Of a stretch of DNA of 64,000 nucleotides, positions 51,728-61,529 are shown in pieces; the stretch's first letter is position 1, and the number at the start of each line of letters is the position of its first letter. Below the pieces are notes generated by a model. The model was not told the origin of the DNA, ran no database searches, and worked only from the letters and a program-made list of their open reading frames with translations. The stretch is from Candidatus Palauibacter sp. (GTDB taxonomy: Bacteria > Gemmatimonadota > Gemmatimonadetes > Palauibacterales > Palauibacteraceae), in NCBI RefSeq assembly GCF_965216145.1, contig NZ_OZ244149.1:3404797-3468796 (forward strand), written 5' to 3'. A program made the position numbers and the translations under genes.

Positions 51728-53017
51728 TCACCCCGCCGCGACCAGGGTCGGCTTCATCCGCGCCTCGTAGTCGGCGCGGAACTTGTCGAGCGAAGAGCGG
51801 AGCGGGAATACGACGCTGTCCGCCAGCACGCAGATCGTGCGGCCCGTCATCTGCTCGCACAGTTCGTACAGCGTGTCGATGTCCCGCAGACGACCGTCGC
51901 CCGCCTCGATGCGTTGGAGGATGCGCACGACCCACGAGGTCCCCTCGCGGCACTGCACGCACTGTCCGCACGACTCGTGCGCGTAGAACTGCGCGATGCG
52001 CCGCATCGCCGCCACGATGTCCGTGTCCGCGTCCATCACGATCGGCGAGGCCGTGCCGAGCGCACTTCCCGCCTCCGCCAGCCCTTCGTACGTCGTGGCG
52101 CAGTCCAGTTCGTCCCCGGTGAGGAAGGCGGTCGACGATCCGCCCGGGATCACGGCCTTCACGGGCTTGCCCGATGGCGTGCCCCCGCAGGCATCGAAGA
52201 TGATGTCGCGCAGCGGGAGGCCGAGCGCGAACTCGTAGTTCCCCGGCCGCACCAGGTGTCCGGAGCAGCTCCACAGCTTGGTCCCCGGCGACTTCTCGCT
52301 CCCCCACCGGCGGTACCAGTCTGCGCCGTGCTCGATGATCATGGGGACCGCGGCCAGCGTCTCGACGTTGTTCACCGTGGTCGGCATCCCGAACGCCCCC
52401 GCCTGCGCCGGGAAGGGCGGCTTGGCCCACGGCTCCGCGCGATTGCCCATGAGCGAGTTCATGAGCCCCGTCTCCTCGCCCGCGATGTAGGCGCCGGCGC
52501 CGGCGTGCACGGTTAGATCGCACGACCAGGAGGAGCCGAGGATGTTCGGGCCGATGAGCCCGGCCTCGCAGGCATCGACCACGGCCCGGTTGAGCACCGC
52601 CGTCTCCTCGAAGAACTCGCCCCGCACGTAGATGTAGACGTGTTCCGCCCCGATCGCGCGCGCTCCGATGAGGCAGCCCTCGATCAGGAGGTGGGGCGTC
52701 CAGCGGATCACCTCGCGGTCCTTGAAGGCGCCGGGTTCGGACTCATCCGCGTTGCAGCACAGGTAGTGGGGCTTGCCGTCGTCCTTCGGCATGAAGCTCC
52801 ACTTGAGGCCGGTGGGGAACCCGGCGCCGCCCCGCCCGCGCAGCCCGGAGGCCTTCACGACGTCCGTGATCTCATCCGGCGCCATGCCGAGCGACTTGCG
52901 CAGCGCCTCGTAGCCGCCCACGGCGCGCCATCCGTCGAGCGTCCGCGCTTCCGCCTCGCCCTGATGCCGTGAGAGCGGGGTCCTGCTCTCGAGTTCGCTC
53001 CGGTGCGGGAAGCTCAT
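51728..53017 (-). CDS. nuoF: NADH-quinone oxidoreductase subunit F
   Basis: FMN/NADH site GAGAYIAGEETGLMNSLMG and 4Fe-4S ESCGQCVQCREG. The start abuts the nuoE stop. Confidence 0.9.
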   Translation of the reverse strand: MSFPHRSELESRTPLSRHQGEAEARTLDGWRAVGGYEALRKSLGMAPDEITDVVKASGLRGRGGAGFPTGLKWSFMPKDDGKPHYLCCNADESEPGAFKDREVIRWTPHLLIEGCLIGARAIGAEHVYIYVRGEFFEETAVLNRAVVDACEAGLIGPNILGSSWSCDLTVHAGAGAYIAGEETGLMNSLMGNRAEPWAKPPFPAQAGAFGMPTTVNNVETLAAVPMIIEHGADWYRRWGSEKSPGTKLWSCSGHLVRPGNYEFALGLPLRDIIFDACGGTPSGKPVKAVIPGGSSTAFLTGDELDCATTYEGLAEAGSALGTASPIVMDADTDIVAAMRRIAQFYAHESCGQCVQCREGTSWVVRILQRIEAGDGRLRDIDTLYELCEQMTGRTICVLADSVVFPLRSSLDKFRADYEARMKPTLVAAG

Positions 53018-53601
53018 GCCTCCGCCTCCCCGTCCGCCCCGGCGCCGTCGCGCGCGCCGCGGAGCTTCGCGACGATCTCCGGCACGCGGTCCGGCGTCAC
53101 GTTCTCGAGGTAGCGGTTGTTGACCTGCACGACCGTGGCGAAGCCGCACGCCCCGAGGCACTCGGCCTCGATCACCGTGAACTCGTCATCGTCGGAGATC
53201 TCGCCCTGCCGGGTCTTCGTCTCCGCGAGGAAGCGCTCCAGCACCTCTTCGCCCCGGTTCAGGTGGCAGGAGATGTTCGTACACACCTGGACGAAGTGAC
53301 GCCCGACCGGGTGCTTGTTGTACATCGTGTAGAAGGTGGCGATCGAATGGACGTAGGCGGGGGTGAGATCCAGCGCCTCGGCGACCTGCTCCATGTCCCC
53401 CGGCTCGATCCATCCCTTCTCCGCCTGCACGAAGCCGAGCATGGGGAGGAGCGCCGCCTGCTTCGTCGGATAGCGGGACAGGGCCATCTCGAGCCGGCGC
53501 TTCCCTTCCTCCGTCTCGAAGATGGGACCGTCGAACGTCTTCCGCGCCGTCAGCTGGAAGGGTTGCGCCCCGACGACGGCGGGATGGAGGCGGCGGCTCA
53601 T
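53014..53601 (-). CDS. nuoE: NADH-quinone oxidoreductase subunit E
   Basis: 2Fe-2S thioredoxin-like [11 protein letters not shown]...[14 protein letters not shown]. The rest of the 767-aa ORF is a spurious extension. Confidence 0.88.
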   Translation of the reverse strand: MSRRLHPAVVGAQPFQLTARKTFDGPIFETEEGKRRLEMALSRYPTKQAALLPMLGFVQAEKGWIEPGDMEQVAEALDLTPAYVHSIATFYTMYNKHPVGRHFVQVCTNISCHLNRGEEVLERFLAETKTRQGEISDDDEFTVIEAECLGACGFATVVQVNNRYLENVTPDRVPEIVAKLRGARDGAGADGEAEA

Positions 53602-55472
53602 CGGTCGATCTCCCCGAGCACCACGTCCAGCGAGGCGTTGATCGCCACCACGTCCGCCACCAGTTCGTCCCTCACGAGTTCGGGCAACGCCGCGATGTTC
53701 ACGAACGAGGGACCGCGGAACCGGCAGCGGACGGGCTTCGTGCCCCCGTCGGAGACGATCCCGAAGCCGAGTTCGCCCTTGGAGCTCTCGATCGAATACC
53801 ACGTCTCGCCGGCGGGGACGCGGACGCCCTCCATGACGAGCTTGAAGTGCGAGATCATCGTGTCGATCGATCCCATCGCCTCCCCCTTGGGGGGCAGGAC
53901 GATGCGGTAGTCGTCGATGTTGATGGGACCGCCCGGGAGCCGGTCGAGCGCCTGTTCGATGATGCGGAGGCTCTGCTTCATCTCCTCGACCCGGACGAGA
54001 TACCGATCGTACACGTCGCCCGTGGTGCCGACCGGTACGTCGAAGTCGTACTCCTCGTAGCCGAGGTAGGGGCGCGCCTTCCGGACGTCGTACGCCACGC
54101 CGCTCGCGCGCAGCGTCGGGCCCGTGATGCCGTAGCTGATCGCCTTCTCCGCCTCGAGCAGGCCGATGTCCATCGTGCGGCCCTGCCAGATCGCGTTCCG
54201 GGAGAGGAGGCGCTCGACCTCGTCCAGCGTGGTCGGGAAGGTGGCGGCGAAGTCGCGCGCCGCCGCAGTCCAGCCAACCGGCAGGTCCGCCATCATCCCG
54301 CCCACCCGCGTCGCGGAGGTCGTGATCCGCCCCCCCGTGTAGGCTTCGTGCAGGTTGTAGATCCGCTCGCGTTCCTGGAACGTGTAGAGGAAGACGGAGA
54401 ACGCGCCGATGTCGATCGCCGTCGTCCCCAGCCACAGGAGATGTCCGAGAATCCGGTTCAGTTCGCCGAGGATGACCCGGACCACGCGGCAGCGCTCCGT
54501 GATCTCGACGCCGAGGAGCGCCTCCACGGCCCCCGCGTAGCCGATGTTGTAGAGCATCGGCGCGAGGTAGTCCATGCGGTCCGTGTAGGGCACGCACTGG
54601 TTCCACTCGCGGTACTCGCACGTCTTCTCGAAGCCGGTGTGCAGGTAGCCGATGTGCGGGACGCAGCGGATCACGCGCTCCCCGTCGAGCTGCAGAACGA
54701 GGCGCAACACGCCGTGGGTGGCCGGGTGCTGTGGCCCCATGTTGATGAGGATCGGGGCGCCCTCCAGCGCGTCCTCGGGGGTCTCGCCGAGCTCCAGTTC
54801 GCGGATCCCGGCCCCCGTCGCACCGTCCGCCGGCGGCCGTACGTCCCCCTCTTCGGTGACGGCGTAGCCCGCCATCTCCAGCTCCTCGACGGCGTAGATA
54901 TCGACGAGGTCGCGGGAGAGCGCGCGGCTCACCTGCGCGGAGCGGCTGAAGCGGCCGCGGAGGGGGAAGTCCTTCCGCAGCGGGAAGCCCTCCTCGTAGT
55001 TCTCCGGCATCAGGATGCGACGCAGGTCGGGGTGGCCCCGGAAACCCACGCCGTACATGTCCCACGTCTCGCGCTCCAGCCAGTCGGCCGTGAGCCACTG
55101 GTCCGTCACCGTGTCGAGTTCGAGGTCGTCCAGCGGCACCTCGCACGCGACCCGGAGCTGACGGCCGTGAACCATGGACCAGAGCTGGTACCAGACCTGG
55201 ATGGGGGCGCCGATGCCCGCGTGCGCGCCCATGATGTCGGCCAGAAAGTCGTACGCCTGGTCCGGCGTCTCGCGCAGGAAGCGGAGGACCTCGGCGTTGA
55301 GGCGCGGATCGATCCACACCACGGGGTAGCCGACCGCGTCGCGCTCCACCCGCCGCACGCCATCTCCGAAGCGATCCCGCAGCGCACGGACCGAGGGGTG
55401 GTTCGCGGCGTCCCCGTCGAGTGGCGCCGCGCTCACCATGCGGGGGGGCGCGGCCGTCGTCACGGTCGTCAC
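53598..55472 (-). CDS. nuoCD: NADH-quinone oxidoreductase fused subunit C/D
   Basis: N-terminal 30-kDa subunit region ([14 protein letters not shown]) fused to 49-kDa region ([16 protein letters not shown]). 624 aa. Confidence 0.88.
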   Translation of the reverse strand: MTTVTTAAPPRMVSAAPLDGDAANHPSVRALRDRFGDGVRRVERDAVGYPVVWIDPRLNAEVLRFLRETPDQAYDFLADIMGAHAGIGAPIQVWYQLWSMVHGRQLRVACEVPLDDLELDTVTDQWLTADWLERETWDMYGVGFRGHPDLRRILMPENYEEGFPLRKDFPLRGRFSRSAQVSRALSRDLVDIYAVEELEMAGYAVTEEGDVRPPADGATGAGIRELELGETPEDALEGAPILINMGPQHPATHGVLRLVLQLDGERVIRCVPHIGYLHTGFEKTCEYREWNQCVPYTDRMDYLAPMLYNIGYAGAVEALLGVEITERCRVVRVILGELNRILGHLLWLGTTAIDIGAFSVFLYTFQERERIYNLHEAYTGGRITTSATRVGGMMADLPVGWTAAARDFAATFPTTLDEVERLLSRNAIWQGRTMDIGLLEAEKAISYGITGPTLRASGVAYDVRKARPYLGYEEYDFDVPVGTTGDVYDRYLVRVEEMKQSLRIIEQALDRLPGGPINIDDYRIVLPPKGEAMGSIDTMISHFKLVMEGVRVPAGETWYSIESSKGELGFGIVSDGGTKPVRCRFRGPSFVNIAALPELVRDELVADVVAINASLDVVLGEIDR

Positions 55473-55488
55473 CGGGCGGGCGCTCCGA

Positions 55489-56190
55489 TCAATCCCGGTG
55501 TTCGAGCCGGCGTTCGCGCCGGTCGCGCGACCGAGCCACCGCGGAGGTCGGCCCGAGCCCGCTCATGCGGTTCTGGTTCGTCGAGTTGCCGAAGGGCTGG
55601 GCCACGAGTTCGATCGTCTCGGGCGGCAGGTTCGGCTGGCCCACCGCCGCAACCGCTTCGTCCCGCGGGCGGGGGTCGGCCAGCGATTCTCCCTTGATCT
55701 TCTCCTGGATCATGAGGAGGCCGTAGATGAGGCCTTCAGGACGGGGCGGACACCCGGGTACGTAGACGTCGACGGGGATGATCGTATCGATTCCCTGCAC
55801 GATCGTGTAGTTGTCGAACATTCCGCCGGAACTCGCGCAGGCGCCCATCGACACGCACCACTTGGGCTGCGGCATCTGGTCCCACACGCGGCGCAGCACC
55901 GGCGCCAACTTGTAGGTGACCCTTCCCGCGACGATCATCAGATCCGCCTGCCTGGGGCTGAACGACATGCGCTCCATCCCGAAGCGTCCGATGTCGTACT
56001 TGCTCGCGGCGGAAGCCATCATCTCGATCGCGCAGCACGCCGTGCCGAACGGCATCGGCCACAGCGAGTTCCGCCGTGCCCAGTTGACGACGTAGTCCAG
56101 CTGCGTCGTCATCCAGTTGCGCGGGATCCCGGTATCGAGCCGGCTCTCCTCCGGGTGCGCGCCAGGGGGCAGCGTATCGAGCGTCCTCAT
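55489..56190 (-). CDS. nuoB: NADH-quinone oxidoreductase subunit B
   Basis: CCAIEMM...[12 protein letters not shown]...GCPPRPE Fe-S ligand motifs. Confidence 0.9.
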   Translation of the reverse strand: MRTLDTLPPGAHPEESRLDTGIPRNWMTTQLDYVVNWARRNSLWPMPFGTACCAIEMMASAASKYDIGRFGMERMSFSPRQADLMIVAGRVTYKLAPVLRRVWDQMPQPKWCVSMGACASSGGMFDNYTIVQGIDTIIPVDVYVPGCPPRPEGLIYGLLMIQEKIKGESLADPRPRDEAVAAVGQPNLPPETIELVAQPFGNSTNQNRMSGLGPTSAVARSRDRRERRLEHRD

Positions 56191-56239
56191 CCGGTCTCTC
56201 TCCTCGCCGCCGTGCGCAGTCCCCTGTTCAGCTCCGTGC

Positions 56240-56599
56240 TCAATCCCACTCGAGCGCCCCCTTCTTCCACGCGTACACGAGGCCGACGCCGAGAACGGCG
56301 AGGAAGGCGGTCATCTCCAGGAACCCGACCATCCCCAGTTCCCGGAAGATCACGGCCCACGGAATCAGGAAGAGCGTCTCGATGTCGAGGACGATGAAGA
56401 GCATCGCCACGATGTAGAAGTTGACCGAGAACCGCTCTCGCGTGCTTCCGAGGGGAGGGATCCCCGATTCGTAGGGGCTCGCCTTCACCGGCGTCGGGCG
56501 CCGGGAGCCCACGAGGTGCGATACGCCCATCATCGCGGCCGCGTTCAGCACGCCGACCAATCCGAGGATCAGGATGCCGAGATATGGGTCGAGCAAGGG
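56240..56599 (-). CDS. nuoA: NADH-quinone oxidoreductase subunit A
   Basis: 3-TM NuoA ([10 protein letters not shown]). Probable TTG start preceded by GAGGAG. The longer ATG ORF reaching 56809 is rejected. Confidence 0.7.
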   Translation of the reverse strand, partial: PLLDPYLGILILGLVGVLNAAAMMGVSHLVGSRRPTPVKASPYESGIPPLGSTRERFSVNFYIVAMLFIVLDIETLFLIPWAVIFRELGMVGFLEMTAFLAVLGVGLVYAWKKGALEWD

Positions 56600-56623
56600 G
56601 GTGCGCTCCTCTCGTGCGAGCTT

Positions 56624-56637
56624 GTGAATTTCTTCAC
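56624..56637. promoter_or_regulatory. perfect inverted repeat GTGAA-N4-TTCAC about 25 nt upstream of the nuoA start
   Basis: Palindrome seen directly (gtgaatttcttcac) in the nuoA / divergent-gene intergenic region. Confidence 0.35.
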
Positions 56638-56697
56638 TTTCCCGCGCCGCGAAGGTATCGCGGAGGGGTAGGCCCGGCAAGCGCGAACGGGAGCCCG

Positions 56698-56712
56698 GAA
56701 CGGCGCCCGTTC
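56698..56712. promoter_or_regulatory. perfect inverted repeat GAACGG-N3-CCGTTC, with an additional direct GAACGG copy 8 nt upstream
   Basis: gaacggcgcccgttc seen directly in the same intergenic region. Confidence 0.3.
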
Positions 56713-56786
56713 GACGGTTTGCGGGCGCGTCAGAGGAGGGCTTACGCTCTCCATGGGCTCGGGCCGAAATCGTGCGGAGAAGAAGT

Positions 56787-56930
56787 ATGAACCCGGACAT
56801 CGCAGTCATCCTGTTCGCGGTGGATATCGTCGTTCTCGGCCTCCTGCTGGTCGCAGCTGTTGTGTCCGTGGTCTGGCCGGAAAGGCGGATCTGGCCTCCC
56901 CCTCAGCGGAGGATCCCGCGGTTTCTGTGA
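56787..56930 (+). CDS. small single-TM membrane peptide (47 aa)
   Basis: GGAG 7 nt upstream of the ATG. Hydrophobic core DIAVILFAVDIVVLGLLLVAAVVSVVW. Its TGA overlaps a GTG of the downstream hydrolase frame (GTGA). Confidence 0.4.
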   Translation: MNPDIAVILFAVDIVVLGLLLVAAVVSVVWPERRIWPPPQRRIPRFL

Positions 56931-57808
56931 GTCCCGGGCCGACCGCAGCCGACCGCCCCGGTCAGGAGACCTGTCTCGTCCGGGACATCGCGATCGGCGA
57001 TGGTACGGTGCGGGTAACGATCCTCGGTGAGGGGCGCCCCGTCCTCTTCCTGCACGGGATCAGCGCCCACGGCCGCGCGTGGCGCTCGGTCGCGGAGGCC
57101 TTCGTCGCGGAGCATCCCGGCTGGATGTGCTGGCTCCCCGACCTGCTGGGCCGGGGGGCGTCCGAGGCGTCTCCCGGGCTGTCCTACACCCTCGACGACG
57201 AAGTACGCCGGCTGCGAGAGATCATCCGCGCACTCGCTCTGGACGGCGGGGCGCCGCGGCTGGTCGCCGGCCACTCGCAGGGCGCCGCCGCGGCGCTGGC
57301 GCTCGCCGGCGTCGAGCCGTCCGTCCGCGGGCTGCTGCTCGCGAATCCGGTCACGGCGGACATCCGCCGTCCCCTCGTGCTCCGGGCGTTGCGCTCGTCA
57401 GGGGTGCGACGGGCCGCAGGACACGCATTCGCGCCGCTGCACGGGCAGATCGGCCGTCTGGTGCTGAGGCGCGCGGGCGGTCCCGCGTTCAGGGCTCCCC
57501 CGGCCCTCGTGGAGGCGTACGCCCGACCGTGGGCGGATCCGGTGCGCGCGCGCACGCTCATGCGCATCCTGTCCGACTGGCGGCCGGCCGATCTGGAGCG
57601 CCGCATGCCCGATCGACCTCTCGCGGCGCACGTCGTGACGGGAGCACACGACCCGAGGATCCCGGTCGTCGCGGCCCGCCGTCTGGCCGTGCGCCTCGGG
57701 TGCGGCATCACGGTGTCCCCGGATGGCGGGCACGTCCTCACCGAGCAGCACCCCCGCATGCTCGCCCGCCTGCTCGCCGGGCTGGCCGCTACAGTTTCGG
57801 CGGCGTGA
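56926..57808 (+). CDS. alpha/beta hydrolase fold protein
   Basis: HG oxyanion motif (FLHGI) and nucleophile elbow GHSQG. The start is set at a GTG overlapping the small upstream ORF; the upstream part of the 351-aa ORF is Arg-rich and likely untranslated. Confidence 0.7.
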
Positions 57809-58343
57809 CCCCGGTCTGGCCCTGGTACTTACCGGCCTTGTCCGCGTAGCTCACCTCGCACACTTCGTCCGACTCGAAGAAGAGCACCTGCGCGATCCCC
57901 TCGTTCGCGTACACCCGGGCGGGAAGCGGCGTCGTGTTCGAGATCTCCAGCGTCACGTGCCCCTCCCACTCCGGCTCGAAGGGCGTCACGTTCACGATGA
58001 GGCCGCAGCGGGCGTAGGTGCTCTTCCCGACGCAGATCGTGAGCACTTGTCGGGGGATCCTGAAGTACTCGATCGAGCGCGCGAGCGCGAAGGAGTTCGG
58101 GGGGATGATGCAGACGTCCCCGCTGAACTCGAGGAACGAACGCTCATCGAACGCCTTGGGGTCGACCACCGGGAAGAGCGCATTGTGGAAGATCCGGAAC
58201 TCGTCGGCCACCCGCATGTCGTAGCCGTAGCTGCTCACGCCATAGGAGATGACGCCATCGCGGACCTGGCGGTCGGCGAACGGCTCGATCATCCCGTGTT
58301 CGCGGGCCATGCGGCGGATCCAGCCGTCGCTCTTGATCGACAT
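57789..58343 (-). CDS. dcd: dCTP deaminase
   Basis: [13 protein letters not shown]-terminus and YDMRVADEF...[10 protein letters not shown] dUTPase-fold motifs. Confidence 0.88.
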   Translation of the reverse strand: MSIKSDGWIRRMAREHGMIEPFADRQVRDGVISYGVSSYGYDMRVADEFRIFHNALFPVVDPKAFDERSFLEFSGDVCIIPPNSFALARSIEYFRIPRQVLTICVGKSTYARCGLIVNVTPFEPEWEGHVTLEISNTTPLPARVYANEGIAQVLFFESDEVCEVSYADKAGKYQGQTGVTPPKL

Positions 58344-58359
58344 CGGACCTCTCGGGTTG

Positions 58360-58750
58360 TCAGGTGCGCGTGAATGCGATCCAGGACGCCCAGCCCCAGG
58401 CGGCGATGAGCGCCGCGCCGCCGATCGGCGTGATCGCACCCAGCCACCCGACTCCGGACAGGGCGAGGGCGTAGAGGCTACCGCTGAACACGGCCACGCC
58501 GCTCAGCATGAGGACCGCGGGGCCCTGCCAGCCGGCGCCGGGCCAGCGCGCGGCCGCCAGGCCGAGCAGGGCCAGGCCGAGCGCGTGCAACATGTGCATG
58601 CGGGCCGCCGTCTCGAAGACGGCAAGGGCGTCCGCCGCCAGGCGGTCCTCGAGGGTGTGCGCCCCGAAGGCGCTCGCGACCACCCCCAAGCCGGCGAGCA
58701 GGAAAGCGAAGCCGAGGAGACGGCGGTGCCGCGAACCGGCGGCGATCAGT
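58360..58750 (-). CDS. DUF423 family small membrane protein
   Basis: [10 protein letters not shown]...[12 protein letters not shown] motif set with 4 TM helices. The ORF is over-extended upstream with Arg/Gly-rich junk. Confidence 0.6.
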
Positions 58751-58982
58751 CGAACAACGAGGGAGCGCGGGTTCGCCGCGTGGCCTCGTCGACGATGGCT
58801 TCCATGATCCGGTCCCAGCGTTCCGGGCTGATTTGGGCCAGCGTCTCTTCGAGGAGCGCCACCAGTTCGCGGCCCTCCGCGCGGCCCAGGAGGGCCCCGC
58901 CGTCCCCCTCCTCCAGCTGCTCGCGCAGCCGCGTGGCGCGCTCCGTGAGGTCCCGGTGCCGAAGGCGCTCCTCGTAGTTCAT
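58746..58982 (-). CDS. hypothetical small helical protein (78 aa)
   Basis: GGAGGG 6 nt upstream of the ATG. Charged helical sequence with no recognised domain. Confidence 0.35.
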   Translation of the reverse strand: MNYEERLRHRDLTERATRLREQLEEGDGGALLGRAEGRELVALLEETLAQISPERWDRIMEAIVDEATRRTRAPSLFD

Positions 58983-59025
58983 GCGACGCCCTCCGCACCC
59001 GCGAGTCGCACGTCGGCCCGGCGCA

Positions 59026-60006
59026 TCAGCCGCCCACCTGGCTCAGCGCGGCGAGCCCCCCGCTTCCGGCCGCCGTACCCAGCTCCAGATAGTGACGCTT
59101 CGGCTTGCCGGCGAGCGCCCGCGCTACCGCAGCCTCGATGCTGCCCGTCTCGCGCAGCGGCCCCTTGAGGTCCACTTCGTGATCCCCGAACAGGCACGTG
59201 CGCAGCTTGCCGTCGGCCGTGAGCCGCATCCGGTTGCACCGCTCGCAGTAGTTGTGGGACAAGGGAGTGATCACACCCACCGTTCCCGCGCCGTCCGGGA
59301 AGCGGTAGTACACCGCGGGTCCATTGCCGCGCGGCCCCGGGTCGGGCAGCAACTGGCCGATGCCGCGGATCCGTTCCAGCACCTCGTCGCTGGATATGAA
59401 CCGGTCGGTCAGATGAAGGTTCTCCCCTACCGGCATCAGCTCGATGAAGCGAACGTGCCACGGGCGCTCGCGGGTGATGGCGGCGAAGTCGGCCACCTCG
59501 TGGTCGTTGAGCCCCCGCATGATGACGCAGTTGATCTTGATCGGCGCGAACCCCGCCTCCTCGGCGGCGCGGATCCCCGTCATCGTCTCGTCGAAGCGCC
59601 GCGCCGGGCGCCGGGCGATCTCGACGAAGCGATCGCGGTCGAGCGTGTCGAGGCTGATGTTCACCCGGTGCACGCCCGCCTCTCGCAGCGCCTCCGCGAA
59701 CCGCGGCAGCAGGATTGCGTTCGTGGAGAGCGAGATGTCGTTGATGCCGGGCACCGCGGCGATCATCCGGACGAGGTCCGGGAGGTCCTTGCGGACCAGA
59801 GGTTCTCCGCCGGTGATGCGGACCCGTTCCAGGCCGATATCCGCCATCTGGCGAACGATTTCCTGGATCTCCTCGTACGCGAGCATCTCCGGCTTCGGGA
59901 TCCAGGCGAGCCCCTCCTCCGGCATGCAGTACGTGCAGCGGAGGTTGCACCGGTCGGTGACCGAGATGCGAAGATACTGGATGCGACGGCCGAACTGGTC
60001 TCTCAT
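59026..60006 (-). CDS. moaA: GTP 3',8-cyclase (radical SAM)
   Basis: CNLRCTYCMP radical-SAM motif and C-terminal CxxCxxxR region. Confidence 0.9.
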   Translation of the reverse strand: MRDQFGRRIQYLRISVTDRCNLRCTYCMPEEGLAWIPKPEMLAYEEIQEIVRQMADIGLERVRITGGEPLVRKDLPDLVRMIAAVPGINDISLSTNAILLPRFAEALREAGVHRVNISLDTLDRDRFVEIARRPARRFDETMTGIRAAEEAGFAPIKINCVIMRGLNDHEVADFAAITRERPWHVRFIELMPVGENLHLTDRFISSDEVLERIRGIGQLLPDPGPRGNGPAVYYRFPDGAGTVGVITPLSHNYCERCNRMRLTADGKLRTCLFGDHEVDLKGPLRETGSIEAAVARALAGKPKRHYLELGTAAGSGGLAALSQVGG

Positions 60007-60142
60007 GGCACCGAAAATGAACGCAGGTTCCCTCTCACCGACAGTCCCGGGGATCCGGGATCGGCGGTTCGAGGTTCGGGGTTGGGGACTGCGGGAGGAG
60101 AGAGGGGGCGGCCGGAAGCGGCCGTCCCCCCGGAGGTGGCGG

Positions 60143-60271
60143 CTAGGCCTCGGCCGTGACCGCGTCCTCCATCCCCATCATCATGTTGTCATCGTCATCG
60201 CCACAGTCCCCGGCGAAGGAGACGGTCGCGATCAAGCAGACGACCAACACGTTCCGAACCATCTTAAACAT
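60143..60271 (-). CDS. small secreted Met/Asp-rich peptide (42 aa)
   Basis: GGAGGAAG 6 nt upstream of the ATG. Signal-peptide-like MFKMVRNVLVVCLIATVSFA, then GDCGDDDDNMMMGMEDAVTAEA. GC3-rich codon usage consistent with the genome. Confidence 0.45.
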   Translation of the reverse strand: MFKMVRNVLVVCLIATVSFAGDCGDDDDNMMMGMEDAVTAEA

Positions 60272-60378
60272 AGCTTCCTCCTCGAATTGGATGTCGGGGC
60301 CGAAGGTCCCTTACCCTCGGATACCGCCGGCCATCCGTGACCAATCCTTCGGTTCCTGACCGTGAGTCGAAGATCGGC

Positions 60379-60895
60379 TCACGGCGCGACCCGCCGTTCC
60401 CCCGTCGAGGATCGGTCTTCCGCGACCGACGCCCCGGCCTGCGGGGCACCGACCCAGTGCGAGTCGCCGTCCCGATAGTGTTCGTGTTTCCACACAGGCA
60501 GTTTAGCCTTGAGGGTTTCCATAATCCAGCGTGAGGCCGGGTAGCACGCGTCGCGGTGCCCTGCCGCGACCCCGATCGCCACGCTCACCTCCCTCAGACC
60601 CAGTTCGCCGACGCGATGTGCCGCGAACACCGCCCCGATGTCGAATCGTTCGAGCGCCTCGTGACAGATGGCCGACAGTTCGCGCTCCGCCATCTCTCCG
60701 TAGGCCTCATACGTGAGACTCGCGACGGCGCGCCCTCGGTTCGTCTCGCGCACCCTCCCCTGGAATAAAAGGACCGCGCCATCCGCCTCGGTGCCCAACT
60801 CCGCGAAGGGCTCGAATCCGTCCAGACTTTCCCTCGTGATCCAGGTCCGCACCCGGCCGTCCGCCGCTCCCGGGCCCTCGTCCGCGCGCGGCACC
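60379..60895 (-). CDS. moaE: molybdopterin synthase catalytic subunit
   Basis: FAAHRVGELGLREVSVAIGVAAGHRDACYPASRWIMETLKAKLPVWKHEHY, the MoaE signature. The upstream part of the 334-aa ORF is rejected. Confidence 0.8.
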
Positions 60896-60896
60896 G

Positions 60897-61151
60897 TCAG
60901 CCTCCCGCCACGGGAGGAATGAGGGCGACTTCGTCCCCGTTCGCCAGCCGCGTGCCGGACGCCGCGTAGCGCTGGTTGACCGCGACGACGACGCGCTCGG
61001 GGAGCCACTCCAGCCCCCCCGGTCCCCGCAGGGCCTCCACGAGGTCCGCCACCGTACTGTCGTCCGCGAGTTCGGCGGAGCCCTCCCGGCGGGCGGCCAG
61101 TTCCCCGTACACGCCGAAGAAAAGCGTGCGCACCGAAATCCGCCCGGTCAC
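60897..61151 (-). CDS. moaD: molybdopterin synthase sulfur carrier subunit
   Basis: 84 aa ThiS/MoaD fold ending in GG. Confidence 0.8.
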   Translation of the reverse strand: MTGRISVRTLFFGVYGELAARREGSAELADDSTVADLVEALRGPGGLEWLPERVVVAVNQRYAASGTRLANGDEVALIPPVAGG

Positions 61152-61420
61152 GAACGCCCCGCCAGGGCGATGTAGGTGAGGAGTCGCGGCACGATCCCTT
61201 CCTCCCGCAGCGTGGTGACCCGCACGCGGGTCGAGTCCGGCGCTTGCGGGTCCGCGAAGGCCGCGACGGAGAGGTTGCCGCGGAACGTGCAGAACGTGAT
61301 GTGCGTGTCGCTCTCGGTGTCGATCCAGGCGTCGGCCATGCGGTTCGCACCGAGGAAGAAATCCCGCGCCGCGGCGAGTACATCGCCCGGCGCCAGGGCG
61401 CTGGCGGTCTCTGTTGTCAT
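61148..61420 (-). CDS. hypothetical protein (~90 aa)
   Basis: ORF whose stop overlaps the moaD start. No recognised motif. The start is set at an internal Met to avoid overlap with the divergent aminotransferase gene. Confidence 0.3.
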   Translation of the reverse strand: MTTETASALAPGDVLAAARDFFLGANRMADAWIDTESDTHITFCTFRGNLSVAAFADPQAPDSTRVRVTTLREEGIVPRLLTYIALAGRS

Positions 61421-61529
61421 CGGTTCTCCCGGCGTACCATCATCCTGCGGTGAAGAATAGGGCCCCGCCCCATCGCTCTCAAATCTCTCGAACAAACTCG
61501 TCGACACCTTCGGTAAAGGCCGTTCCATC

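Noticed and set aside
42084-52516. Very long plus-strand ORFs across the nuo operon (42084..43943, 43933..45465, 45801..47567, 48810..50471, 50351..52516, 53847..55697) and the 890-aa/767-aa minus-strand ORFs 48894..51566 and 53014..55317
   Set aside because: They are antisense to, or upstream read-through extensions of, unmistakable Nuo subunits. Real gene boundaries were set at internal starts that abut or overlap the neighbouring stop codons.
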